From: Octopus vulgaris
Lineage: Eukaryota
Reading direction: 5' to 3'
Length of the DNA stretch: 64,000 nt
Assembly: GCA_951406725.2 (NCBI GenBank)
Contig: OX597815.1
Span: forward strand, 162,378,001 to 162,442,000
Positions 12,961-23,971 of the stretch are shown one piece after another (position 1 is the stretch's first letter; each line of letters starts with the position of its first letter). The notes below the pieces were generated by a model, which was not told the origin of the DNA, did not search any database, and saw only the letters and a program-made list of their open reading frames with translations. The position numbers and the translations under genes are program-made.

Positions 12961-13464
12961 TCATCGAGGGGATTTGGGGTTCTGTTTCTAGTAGGTCAAG
13001 CGACCACGTAGATGGTCCCGCAGTGGAAGTAGTCATCCAAAACAACGATGATATTGCTGATTCGACCCGCAGAAACACCCTACCCCTCACTGTCCCAACC
13101 GAGCAGACTTATGATCAAGTGCGTTTGAGCTATAACCATCCCTTTTTCATATATGTGCGCTTGTATGTGTGCGCGTGCATGTAGCTGTTGTCGTTGTTTG
13201 GAGATAGTGCCTATGCTGAATGTGGTTGGTAGCTTACTGTCATTAACCTCCCAGTACGCTCCTTGAAAAATATTCTACTTCCTTTTTCCTCTTTCACAAA
13301 AACGTATTTCCGATTCTAGTCAGTTAGTTGATTTACAACTCGCATCTGTTGTCTTTATATTTAGGCGAAGATAACCAAACGGAAAAATCACCAGGAAATG
13401 GAACAGAAACTCTTGTGTTTGCTTGCAATGTGAAGGTTAAGTCGATGTTATCATGGTGTTAATG

Positions 13465-13851
13465 CATATATATATAAAGCTGAAGTTGTCTGTGTATGGC
13501 AGGTTTGTAGCCTTCAACTAACACTATCTCCTCCGAGACCCTGCGGTGCAAGTTGACCAAAATTGAGAGTATAATAGAAGAAGGCTTGCTCTTCCTTCCG
13601 TAGAAGAAAAAATTCAGATCGGACCATGTTAACACCAAAAATTATTTACATCAAAAAGATGCTTTTTTTCTATGAAAATCCCTATTTTTTACGATTTTTT
13701 GTCTGCTGTATCGCCATTTTTCGGTGTATTTCAACCAGAAAAATGTTCACTTAAAGAGAATAACAAGCTACAAAATGCAAATTTTTTACTTTCCAAAATT
13801 CCAATTCTAAAGGGTCGAAAAAACCCGAGCAACGCCGGGCGATACTGCTAG
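13465..13851 (+). mobile_element. Non-autonomous Helitron (copy 2)
   Basis: Near-identical to 1808-2200, with the same 3' hairpin + CTAG. Confidence 0.8.
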
Positions 13852-14149
13852 TAGTATTTAAAACTAACTAAAAGCAATGATGCATTGAAAAAAAATAAAC
13901 GGAAAAATAAATAATAATAACGAATAAGCGAAATAGACGCAAGTGTAGCTGTGTGGTAAGAAGTTTGCTTTCCGAATGCATGTTTCCGGGATCAATCCCA
14001 CTGTAATGCATCGTGAGCAGGTGTCTTCTAATATACCCCCGGGCCGACAAAAGCCTTGTTTGTGGACTTGGTAGTTTGGTAGATGTAAACTGAAAGAAGC
14101 TCATCGTATACACACATGCATACACACGTGCATGTGTGCTTGCGTGCAG

Positions 14150-14443
14150 GCATGCATGCATACATACATACATACATACATAAATACATACATACATACA
14201 TACAGGCATGCATACATACATACATACGTACATACATACATACATACATGCATACATACATACACTCATACATACATACATACATACATACATACATACA
14301 TACATACATACATACATACAGGCATGCATACATACATACATACATACATACATACACACACACACATACACACATACATACATACATACACACACACATA
14401 CATACATACACACATACATACATACATACACACATACATACAT

Positions 14444-14474
<31 letters not shown>

Positions 14475-15064
14475 TGCATACATACATACATACATACATA
14501 CATACATACATACATACATACATACATACATACATACATACATACATACATAAACTCAATTAACTGATTCGCATATTACAAATTCAATCTGTAAGCAGAA
14601 CAGTAAAACTATGCAAGATTTTTCTCAGGTTTAAAATGTGATATTGTTTTCGTTATCTACATTCCAACGATGGAACTTTGTATCTTTGTTAGAAACCAGC
14701 GCCTTCTTCAAACGAAGAATTTAAATGAGTAAAAACCGAAGAAAGCATACATACATACATACATACATACATACATACATACATACATACATACATACAT
14801 ACACACACACATACACACATACATACATACATACATACATACATACATACATACACACACATACATACACACATACATACATACATACATACATACATAC
14901 ATACATACATACATACATACATACATACATACATACATACATGTATGTTGAAATTCTAATTAAGAAACCTTGGGTCTAGGTTAGAAACCGGCTCTTTCCC
15001 TATCGGCAAGAAATCTTGAAATAAAACTGAATAATGACATACATACATACATACATACATACAT

Positions 15065-15109
<45 letters not shown>

Positions 15110-15188
15110 AACACACACACACACATACATACATACATACATACATACATACATACATACATACATACATACATACATACATACATAC
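14150..15188. repeat. Cluster of long (TACA)n/(CA)n microsatellites (14150-14552, 14746-14941, 15038-15188)
   Basis: Read directly; source of the YIHT/MYVC ORFs. Confidence 0.95.
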
Positions 15189-15414
15189 GAATACAAAGGG
15201 ACTGTGGATAAAGACGGAGTGACCAAGAATATTATGCTAGGCTTAGAAAAATATAGCTGTCGGAATTCTCCTATTACAACAAGACAACATCCCACAATGC
15301 ATTTGCAGTAACAGTGCTGATTCCAACAGCTGGGATACCTGACATGTCTGTTGAATCAGTCCACTCCATAGACATTAACAGCTGCAAGATACCGACATCA
15401 ACCGGATGTCAGTA

Positions 15415-15880
15415 GTATAAAAGATGGTCTACAGCAAATATTTTGCTCAATGCCACAGATTTGCTTGTCAGTTGTTTGAAGTTAACCAGTTGAGCATGTC
15501 TCTTAGTGGCTGACGATGTATGCATCCCTGATCATGAGCGGAAGTAGTAGGGGAGCATCATAGCCATGTATTGAGACGAGTACTTTGGGGTTTGGATAAT
15601 TCACCTTTGGAAACATGAGCGTTTCGTTCAACATCCTTAAACAAGCCTTATTCAGGGACTTTTTGAGGGATGGGCTACTCGACCTGAAGATAATTCTAAC
15701 TGGGTCCCACCTGCAAGGTCATGTGCTGTTTATCTTGATATGAGATCACCATGTCACGCACATATTGTTGTGATGCATGTGCCTAGTGTACCCTAGACAT
15801 GATGGGTATACTGGGCTTCGTATATTTTACCCCAGTGTCACTTTGATGGCATACTTTCTCACTCAATAATAATAATAATT
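15415..15880 (+). mobile_element. ~465-bp dispersed retroposon-like repeat with (AAT)n tail; inverted copy at 22433-22918
   Basis: Extensive reverse-complement similarity, e.g. TTTTACCCCAGTGTCACTTTGATGGCAT vs ATGCCATCAAAGTGACACTGGGGTAAAA. Confidence 0.75.
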
Positions 15881-16291
15881 ATTATTATTATCATCTCCGC
15901 CTTATATGTATGTTTTTATTGGAAAAGTTCTTTTCATTGGAGATGTACTTGTTACCTCCGCCTTCGCTAAGGCGGAGGTGTTGTTTTCAGTCGTGTGTGT
16001 TTGTTTGTCTGTGGACAAGATATTTCAAGAATTGCTGGATGGATTTGGATGTAACATTCAGGGATGTTTAGCCTCGAGACTGGAACGAACTCATTATATT
16101 TTGGAATCGATCCGGTACCGGACATCGATTCTGAATTATTTTTCCTGTTTTTTTTGTTTTTTTTTAATTAACCTTTGTGAGCGGTCGAGTTCATTTTTAG
16201 TATTCTCGTTTGTGAGAGCAGCCGAGTTTCTTTCAGATATTCTCATTTTTAGAATCATCTCTGGGTAATCGTTGAGAGGACGTTAGTGTTA

Positions 16292-18112
16292 TAGTCGAGT
16301 CATTTGATTCCCTGTTGCATTTGATGTGTGTTCGCTCCATGTGAGTCTTGCTATTGTTTAATTGTGGAAGGTCTACCACACCTAATTGTTATATTGTTAA
16401 ATTTGTTACCTGGGAATTTTTCATTTTTCTTCCCCATTTATGGGTGAAGTTGTGAATAACAAAAATGTGTAGAGTCAACCAGTTCCAGCAGGCAGTTCTG
16501 CTGCAGTAACTGGGAAAATTCTAACCGCAGATGTCCTGCAGGTGAGAGAAATTCGACTGAACGACACGAATTTCAAGAAATACAACGAATTGTTAAGAAA
16601 GGAAGGCGACAGCCTGAAGCTGACACCGCCTAAGGAAATTACTGAAAAAAAAAAAAAACTGAAAAGAGGACTGTAATACACAGAACGTTGTCTCTTGCTG
16701 CAAAAAGAGTGGAAATAGCTGCATTAGAGGCAGCCGAGGAATGCTTGAAAGAGATCAAAAGTCTAACGACATACTACACAAGAGGAATGAAATATGGCAC
16801 AGTGGAGGTACGCTTCGCGAGTGAAGAAGAAGCGATAAAACACTCCATTGTGCCTTTGAGATCAACAGAGTGGGTACTACTACCAACCTATTGTTGCAGA
16901 CGTGCAGCCAGAGTTAGGATTGGTAGAGTACTCCCAGAAATTGACGAGGAGTGACTGGTGGCAGCCATCCTCTATAATACAGAGGAAGAAGCCAAAATTC
17001 TGAAAATCACAAGAACCACGGAGGTAAACTGCTGGGGATACGGCATCGAGGTGTCGGTTCACATCAGTTTACCAGACCTCCACAAAATTGCTGAGGAATT
17101 GGTGTTGCCGGATGAGACGAAGCTGAGAGTTGTGGTGGAGGGAAGACCTCCTATTTGCTTTCCATGTGGAGTACGGGGACACATGAAAGCTAAATGTCCA
17201 CAGAAACCTGAAGAGGAGGAGATAGAGAAAAAACAAGACGAAGGAATTTCAACCGCAGAGGAGCAAAGTATGGAGGAACAGTATACAGTGGTGAAGAGGA
17301 AAGAGTAACACGGACTCTCCAACAAAAATGTATCAGGAAGAAAAGAAAGGGAAGTGGAGAAGAGACGCAGAGTGTGAAACAAGGAAAAACGAACGAGCAG
17401 AAAAAAATGAAAGGCCAACAAAGGTAAGTGACGCAGTCGAAGAGCATAAACAGGAACCGATATCAACAACCAGCAAGGAGGAGAAAGTACAGAAGAAAAA
17501 GGAAGATGAAAGAGAAAGGATAGCAATACAGAGATAGAAATACCAGCAACAGTAGAAGAGATTGGTGAAGAAAAACGAACAGTGATACCGAAGGGAAAAT
17601 ACTTATGAGATATGATACAATACACAAAAAGTGTAGAGATAGAAAAAAAAGATAGCGAAAATGGAGAACGTAATCAGAGTTAAATTGACACCCAACGAGA
17701 ACAATATAGGTTTGAAAGCTGTTCTGCTGGAAAGAGAGAGGAAAGAACGGTTAAAGGAATTGTTAGGTGAAAAGTTAGAAGTGACACCGGTACAGTTTCG
17801 TTTTGATGAATTGCTGCCGGAGGTATTTGGCGTAAATGAGGAAATTAAGAACTGAATAATTAATGACTTCGTGTATTTTTTAAGGGAAAACCAGCAGATA
17901 CAAGGCAGATATTGAACTGTTAGTAAAATGTCATATAAAAACAATAAAATGAAACTGCCTGCTTAAGGGGTCAGGTATGTCATTCCATCCTCATTTTTCA
18001 TTGTATCAATAATTTTATACGATATGTGTTTTTATGTACCCCATTGTATTGTTTTGTCTATTTTCGTGTTGTCCACTCTTTATAGAGGTCTTATGCCTAA
18101 TAAAAGAAATCA
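16292..18112 (+). mobile_element. ORF1-only Tx1/L1-like element, unit A1 (frameshifted)
   Basis: ATG at 16440; ORF pieces 16688-16954, 16958-17308 (CFPCGVRGHMKAKC knuckle) and 17661-17855; ends AATAAAAGAAATCA; no RT or endonuclease. Confidence 0.75.
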
Positions 18113-18126
18113 GGACGTTGGTGTTG

Positions 18127-19740
18127 TATTGAGCCATTTGATTTCCTGTTGCATTTGATGTGTGTTCGCTTCATGTAAATCTTGTTTGAATTGTTGAAGG
18201 TCTACCGCACCTAATTGTTATATTACTGAATTGTTGAATTTATTCTTACCTGAATTTTTATTTTACTTCTCCATTTATAGGTGAAGTTGTGGATAATATC
18301 GCTATGGAATGTCAACCAGTTCCAGAAGGCAGTTACACTGCAGTGACTGGGAAAAGTCTAACAGTAGATATAATACTGCAAGTTAGAGACATTCAGCTGG
18401 AAGAAACAAATTTCAAGAGGTACAATGAACTATTAAGAAAGGAAAGAGACAGCCTAAGGCTGACGCCGCCTAAGGAAGTTATTGAAACGACAGAGAGAAG
18501 GACAATAATATACAGAATGCTGTCTATTGAAATAGTCGCAGTAGAGGCAGTCGAAGAATGCTTTAGAGAAGTCAAAGATCTAACGGCGTACTACACAAGA
18601 GGTAAGAAATACGGCACAGTGGAGGTACGCTTCGCGAGTGAAGAAGAAGCGATAAAACACCCCACTGTGCCTTTGAGATCAACTGAGTGGGTACTACTAC
18701 CAATTTACTGTGCTAAACGTGCGGCCAGAGTGAGGATTGGTAGAGTGCCCCCAGAAATTGAGGTGTGGCTGGTGGCAGCCATCCTTTTTAATACAGAGGA
18801 GGATACGAAAATACTGAAAATTACAAGAACTACGGAGGTAAACTGCTGGGGATACGGCCTTGAGGTGACGACTCACATCAATTTACCAGACCTCCACAAA
18901 ATTGCAGAGGAATTGGTGTTGCCGGACGAGACGAAGCTGAAAGTTGTAGTGGAAGGAAAACCTCCCGTATGCTATCAATGTGGAGTAAGGGGACACATGA
19001 AAGCTAAGTGTCCCCAGAAACACGAAGAGAAGGTGACGGATATGGAACAGCAAGAAGTAGACGTTCAAGGCATAGAGGAACCAGTGGAACATATGGAAGA
19101 AAGATACACAGTGGTGAAGAGGAAGAAAAGACGAGAAAACTCGGACTTACTACCAAAGAGTCCCATGAAGAAAAGAAAAGGAAGTGTAGAGGAAAGACAA
19201 GGGTTACCAAAAGGAGGAAAAGCGAACGAGCAGAAAAGAAACGAGATGTCGGCAAAATTAAACGAGAATGACAAAGAGAGAAAACAGAGAGCGATACCAT
19301 TAATTAGCCCGGGGGAGAAAGTAAAAGGACAGGAAAAAAAAAGGAAGATAGAAGAGAAATGACAACAACGTAGAGTGAAAGACAAGCAGAGAAGGAAGAG
19401 ATGGAAATAGCAACAACAGCAGAAGAGGTTAGTGATGGAAATCAGAAACCTTGGAGGGAAAACAAGAAGAACTATGATACAGCACAGAAAAAAATGTAGA
19501 AATTTAAAAAAAGATCACGGACTTTAAAAAAAAGATTATGAAAAAAACAGAGTAATGAACTGTGATACGTAAACAGAAAAATGGAACTGCTTGTTTAGTT
19601 GGGGCCATGCAGCCATTTCATCTCACCATTTATTCATAATTTCATCCGTTATTTGTTTTAGTGTATCCCTCTGTATTGTTTTGTCTGTTTTTGTACTGTC
19701 CCATCTTTATAAGAGGCCTTGTGCCTAATAAAAGAAATCA
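18127..19740 (+). mobile_element. ORF1-only Tx1/L1-like element, unit A2
   Basis: Same 5' start as A1 (TATTGAGCCATTTGATT); ends GGCCTTGTGCCTAATAAAAGAAATCA; bounded by GGACGTTGGTGTTG at 18113-18126 and 19741-19754. Confidence 0.8.
18289..19362 (+). CDS. Tx1/L1-type ORF1-like nucleic-acid-binding protein (RRM-like segments + CX2CX4HX4C zinc knuckle + K/E-rich tail)
   Basis: 357-codon open frame with SYTAV, YGTVEVRFASEE, RVRIGRVPPEI and VEGKPPVCYQCGVRGHMKAKC. The ATG homologous to A1 is ATA at 18277; the first in-frame ATG is at 18304. Confidence 0.7.
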   Translation: MDNIAMECQPVPEGSYTAVTGKSLTVDIILQVRDIQLEETNFKRYNELLRKERDSLRLTPPKEVIETTERRTIIYRMLSIEIVAVEAVEECFREVKDLTAYYTRGKKYGTVEVRFASEEEAIKHPTVPLRSTEWVLLPIYCAKRAARVRIGRVPPEIEVWLVAAILFNTEEDTKILKITRTTEVNCWGYGLEVTTHINLPDLHKIAEELVLPDETKLKVVVEGKPPVCYQCGVRGHMKAKCPQKHEEKVTDMEQQEVDVQGIEEPVEHMEERYTVVKRKKRRENSDLLPKSPMKKRKGSVEERQGLPKGGKANEQKRNEMSAKLNENDKERKQRAIPLISPGEKVKGQEKKRKIEEK

Positions 19741-19770
19741 GGACGTTGGTGTTGTCTCGGCGGAGGTTTG

Positions 19771-20080
19771 TGTCACAGGCGGTTTGAGTTGTCTTTTGTC
19801 GTGTTAGATGTAAGTCATGGTGTTAAATATTTGCTTGATTGATTGTTACTGTTCAAATTGTTGCTATTGTCATTTTGAATTGTTGTTTTTTTCCATTGTG
19901 AAGAGATAGTGCTGCCCGATGACATAAGATTGAGAGTGGTGGTGGAGAGCAGGCCGCCTATGTGTTATTTTTATATAACATCTCATTTTCATTCGTTTTA
20001 TGTTTTTGTCCCCACTGTGGTGTTGTGTCTGTCTGTAGTGTCCCCTCTGTGTTATGGCCGTAGGTTCAAATAAAGAAACA
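19771..20080 (+). mobile_element. Unit B1: 310-bp internally deleted derivative of unit B2
   Basis: 5' ~125 bp match B2 start, ~70 bp match B2 20855-20921, and 3' ~110 bp match B2 22219-22333. Confidence 0.85.
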
Positions 20081-20110
20081 GGACGTTGGTGTTGCTTCGG
20101 CGTAGGTTTG

Positions 20111-22333
20111 TGTCACAGGCGGTTTGAGTTGTTTTTTGTTATGTTAAACGTAAGTCTTAGTGTTAAATATTTGATTGATTGATTGTTACTGTTCAAATTG
20201 TTGCTCGTGTTATTTTGAATTCTGTTTTTTTTCCCATTGTGGGGAAAATGGAAAGAAACGTCAGCAGGTGGCCATAGTTATGGAAAAGAGATAGACGTGG
20301 AAACGCTGGAAGTAAGTGAAATAAAGGTTGAACCTCGAAAAATGAAGGAGTGCGAGAGGTTGCTGGAAAGAGACAGAAATACACTGAAGTTAACGCCGCC
20401 TGTGGAACTAACAACCAATGTAACGAAAAGGACGGTGATATATAAGACAATGAATATAGCAACAAGGAAAATAGAAATAGCGAGAATAGAGGCTATTGAA
20501 GAGTGTTTAAAGCGTATAAAAAGACTAACCACATTTATAACAAGAGGGAGAAAATACGCTACTGTGAAGGTGCGCTTTACCTCAGAAAAGGAAGCAATGA
20601 AGCACCCAACGGAGACAATAAGATCGGAAGAATGGGTGCTTTTGCCATCGTACTGTGGAAAACGTGCGGCCAGGGTGCGAGTTGGCAAAGTACCCCAGAG
20701 CTGAAAGAAACATAGCTGATGACCACCATGATGTATAACATGAATGAGGAGGGCAAGATACTGAAGGTCACAAGGACCCAAAGAGTTAGTTACTGGGGAT
20801 ATGGAATAGAGTTAACCGTTCAAGCAACAGTGGAAGACCTAAACAGAATTGTCGAAGAGATAGTGCTGCCCGATGACATAAGATTGAGAGTGGTGGTGGA
20901 GGGAAAGCCACCTCTATGTTATACATGTTGGGAAAGGGTCACATGATGGTGAGGTGCCTCCAGAGAGAACAACAAATAGAGCAGACGGAGAGGCAGGAGA
21001 GCACGGACCAGGTGGTACAGGTCGAGATAAAGGTGAAAGCAACGGAGGAGGGGTTCACGGTGTTTGAAAAAGAAAGAGAAGTGGGAGAGTGAGCTTTCTG
21101 CCAGAGTAGCAGAAAAAGAAGAAGAGATGGAAAAGGAAGAGACCAGAAGGAAGCAAGACGAAATGGTGGTGGATAAAAAAAGGGAAAAGTGTTCAAGGAA
21201 AAGACATTGGTGAAGACACCGCTAGTTCCAGTGGAGGAAAGAACATTTAGAAACGCAAGTGGAGAGACTGTTCAGAGTGGTGGAAGAAAAGAAGGTACCA
21301 GGAGCGGAGAAGGAAAAGAGAAATCTAATAAGAAAAGGAAAATTTCGATGGAATTTTGTGACGTATGCAAAAAGCAAAGAAACTGAAAAGAAAGTATTAA
21401 AGTTTAAACATATTATAAGAGTCAAGTTGCCCACGGATGTGTATTCCGAGAATGTGAAGGCCGTCGTGGTTGACAAGGATACCTACAACAGACTAAAATA
21501 TATGTGTGGAGAAGGGATTGACCCGCCATGAGTGAAGATGGAGTTCGATGAATTGCCACCTGTAGTGGAGCTAGCAGATTTAGAACATTTCATGAAATAT
21601 TAAAAACCAAAAAAAAAATTAAATTGTTTTATTGAAAAAAGAGGGATCTTTTCGGTTTGAACGGCAGTTTTTTCTAGCGGTGTCATATGAAATTGTCACC
21701 CATAATTATGACCCTGGTATCTATTGCATTTCAATCTATTTTAGGGCCAGGGTTAGTTAGGGTTAGGGTTAGGGGTGGGGGGAAGGGCATCTTTTTTTTC
21801 TTCACAAATGTAAATAAACCCAATCTGTTTCTTAAACGAGGGATATATTCATACGGCACAGAATGTTTTCACCTCAATAGACGTCAGTGATTGGTTGAAA
21901 TTGCAGAAATTGAAGAAAAAAACGACAAATATCTTACAAACCATAGACTTTTCTCAATAAAGCCAAGAGAAAAAGATGTTTTATAAACACATTCAACCAG
22001 TATACGAAGTTTAGTTACGTGGAAATTATTTTAAAAAACTGCCTTTCAAACCGAAAAAATCCAGAAAGAGAAAAAAGTAAAATTGTTTCATTTAAAAAAA
22101 GAGTAAAAACGAGATTAAGAAAAAACAATAAGATAATAGAACGATTGTAAATAGTTTATATAAACATTCAAACGATACTGCATGGGAGTGGGACCCATGC
22201 AACCATTTCATTTTTCATTTTTATGTAACATCTCATTTTCATTCGTTTTATGTTTTTGTTCCCACCGTGGTGTTGTGTCTGTCTTTGTAGTGTCCCCTCT
22301 GTGTTGTGGCTGTAGAGCCAAAATAAAGAAACA
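20111..22333 (+). mobile_element. ORF1-only Tx1/L1-like element, unit B2 (second family, frameshifted; carries a MITE)
   Basis: ORF pieces 20237-20704 and 20719-20946 (CYTC...GHMMVRC split by a frameshift) are homologous to A2; 21259-21531 is homologous to A1 17661-17855; ends AAATAAAGAAACA. Confidence 0.78.
21644..22062. mobile_element. Merlin-like MITE family 1 (copy 1), nested in B2
   Basis: TIRs GGATCTTTTCGGTTTGAACGGCAGTTTTT / AAAAACTGCCTTTCAAACCGAAAAAATCC; TSD AAAAAGAG / AGAAAGAG (7/8); internal TTAGGG repeats. Confidence 0.8.
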
Positions 22334-22432
22334 TTGACGGAGCTTTGCGCTATCTGAGTGCTCTTCTTCTTCTTCTTCTTATTATTATTTTTTCTTCCTT
22401 TTTTTTCTTCTTTCAAATTCCTTCCTTCAAAT

Positions 22433-22918
22433 TATTATTATTATTATTGAGTGAGAGAGCAGTGCATGCCATCAAAGTGACACTGGGGTAAAATATACGA
22501 AGCCCAATATACCCATCATGACTACCCGTCTGATAAGGGTACACCAGGCACATGCATCACAACCATATGTGCGCGACATGGTGATCTCATATCAAGATAA
22601 ACAGCACATGACCTTGCAGGTGGGGCCCAGTTAGAATTTTCTTCAGGTCGAGTAGCCCATCCCACTTAAAAGGTCCCTGACTAAGGGTTGTTTAAGGACG
22701 TTGAACAAAACACCCATGTTTCCAAATGTGAATCATCCAAATCCCAAACAATCCCTCTCAACACATGGCTATGATGCTCCCCCACTACTTCTGCTCGTGA
22801 TCAGAGATGCACGTATCGTCAGCCACTAAGGGACATGCTCAACTGGTTAAGGTCAAACAACTGACAAGCAAATCTGTGGTATTGAGCAGAATATTTGCTG
22901 TAGCCCATCTTTTATACC
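22433..22918 (-). mobile_element. Dispersed (AAT)-tailed repeat, inverted copy of 15415-15880
   Basis: Reverse-complement similarity; flanked by (ATT)n. Confidence 0.75.
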
Positions 22919-22929
22919 AAGACAAAACA

Positions 22930-22991
<62 letters not shown>

Positions 22992-23001
22992 TATTATTAT
23001 T

Positions 23002-23737
23002 CGAGATAAACTCTACCGGCACGGAAGTGCCGTCAGCCGGGCCTGCCCGAGGTGTTGCCAGGACGACGAAACCGTCCTGCACGCACTCGTCCAGTGCCCG
23101 AGTATTGCTGAAATATGGGTTTATGTCGAACAGCTACTGTCACGTGTAGGACGGATCCGACTATCGGCCGAATCCATAGTGAAGATTGCCCCGCCGACCT
23201 CCTTTAACAAGGAGGGCGAGGCCGTTTTCTTGTGCCTAGTGGCTGTGGCGAAAGAGGTGGTGTGGTGGACTCGTTTGAAAGGGCTAAAGTCATACACTTT
23301 CCTCTTTGGTCAAGGCCTCATCAACTTTTTCAAGTTTCACTTGAAAAGGAAAATGAGGTTAGAGAGGAAAGTGCTGTCCGATAGCAAGTTTTATGAAAGG
23401 TGGGTGAATTGTGCGAGACTGGCCTGTATAAATGGACCAGTTCTCAGGTTTCGCCTGTGATTTCAAAAAGGTAATACAAAAGGAGAAGAAAGGGGACTCT
23501 CTACACCCCCTTTTTAGACCAGGCTCCCGTTGGCTTTTGTAGGGTTTTTTTCCACCAGGAACCTTTCGAAACGTCTCCCCCTTTTGGGAGTTTTTCATTG
23601 TTTTAATAATCATTGTTTTAAAGTTTTTTACACGGATTTTTTAACAAACGGACAAAACCCTTTGTAACCTTTCGTCCTGTCTTGTCCCTTTATGTAATCA
23701 TGCGTGTCAGCCCTTGTGGCCAATAAAAAAGAATTGA
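23002..23737 (+). mobile_element. L1/Tx1-clade LINE 3' end (C-terminal zinc-binding region + 3' UTR) inside an (ATT)n tract
   Basis: RDKLYRHGSAVSRACPRCCQDDETVLHALVQC (CX2C...HX4C); stop at 23460; tail GCCCTTGTGGCCAATAAAAAAGAATT; homologous to 51840-52200 on the minus strand. Confidence 0.85.
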
Positions 23738-23896
23738 TTGATTATTATTATTATTATTATTATTATTCGGCTGAGGTCGACTTTGCCTTTCATCCTTTCG
23801 GGGTTGATAACTTAAGTACCAGTAAAACACTAGGGTCGATATAATCGACTTGTCCCTACCCGACAAATTTGAGGCCTCGTGCCTCCAGTAGAAAAG

Positions 23897-23971
<75 letters not shown>

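Larger units (their letters stand above)
15951..22365 (+). mobile_element. Helentron-associated (HINE/DINE-1-like) element; body 15951-16291, 3' end displaced to 22334-22365 by four insertions
   Basis: 5' palindrome ACCTCCGCCTT-CGCT-AAGGCGGAGGT, then a GTTT/GTCT microsatellite; 3' subterminal GGCGGAGGT (inverse of ACCTCCGCC) and short stem-loop GCGCT(A)TCTGAGTGC followed by T-rich sequence. Confidence 0.7.

Noticed and set aside
13868-15295. Long ORFs (MYVC/YIHT repeats) and similar poly-S/Y/L/T/H ORFs elsewhere
   Set aside because: Translations of microsatellites that lack stop codons.
18255-18285. Splice acceptor exonising the A2 ORF (TTTTACTTCTCCATTTATAG|G)
   Set aside because: It arises from the ATG-to-ATA change relative to A1 in a T-rich 5' UTR; no supporting upstream exon is evident.
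16278-22365. Repeat-spacer pattern as a CRISPR-like array
   Set aside because: The 'spacers' are 0.3-2.2-kb mutually homologous retroelements, the repeats are target duplications, the DNA is eukaryotic and there are no cas genes.
22807-23460. 217-aa ORF as a single gene
   Set aside because: Chance fusion of a dispersed repeat, an (ATT)n tract and a Tx1 ORF2 3' end.
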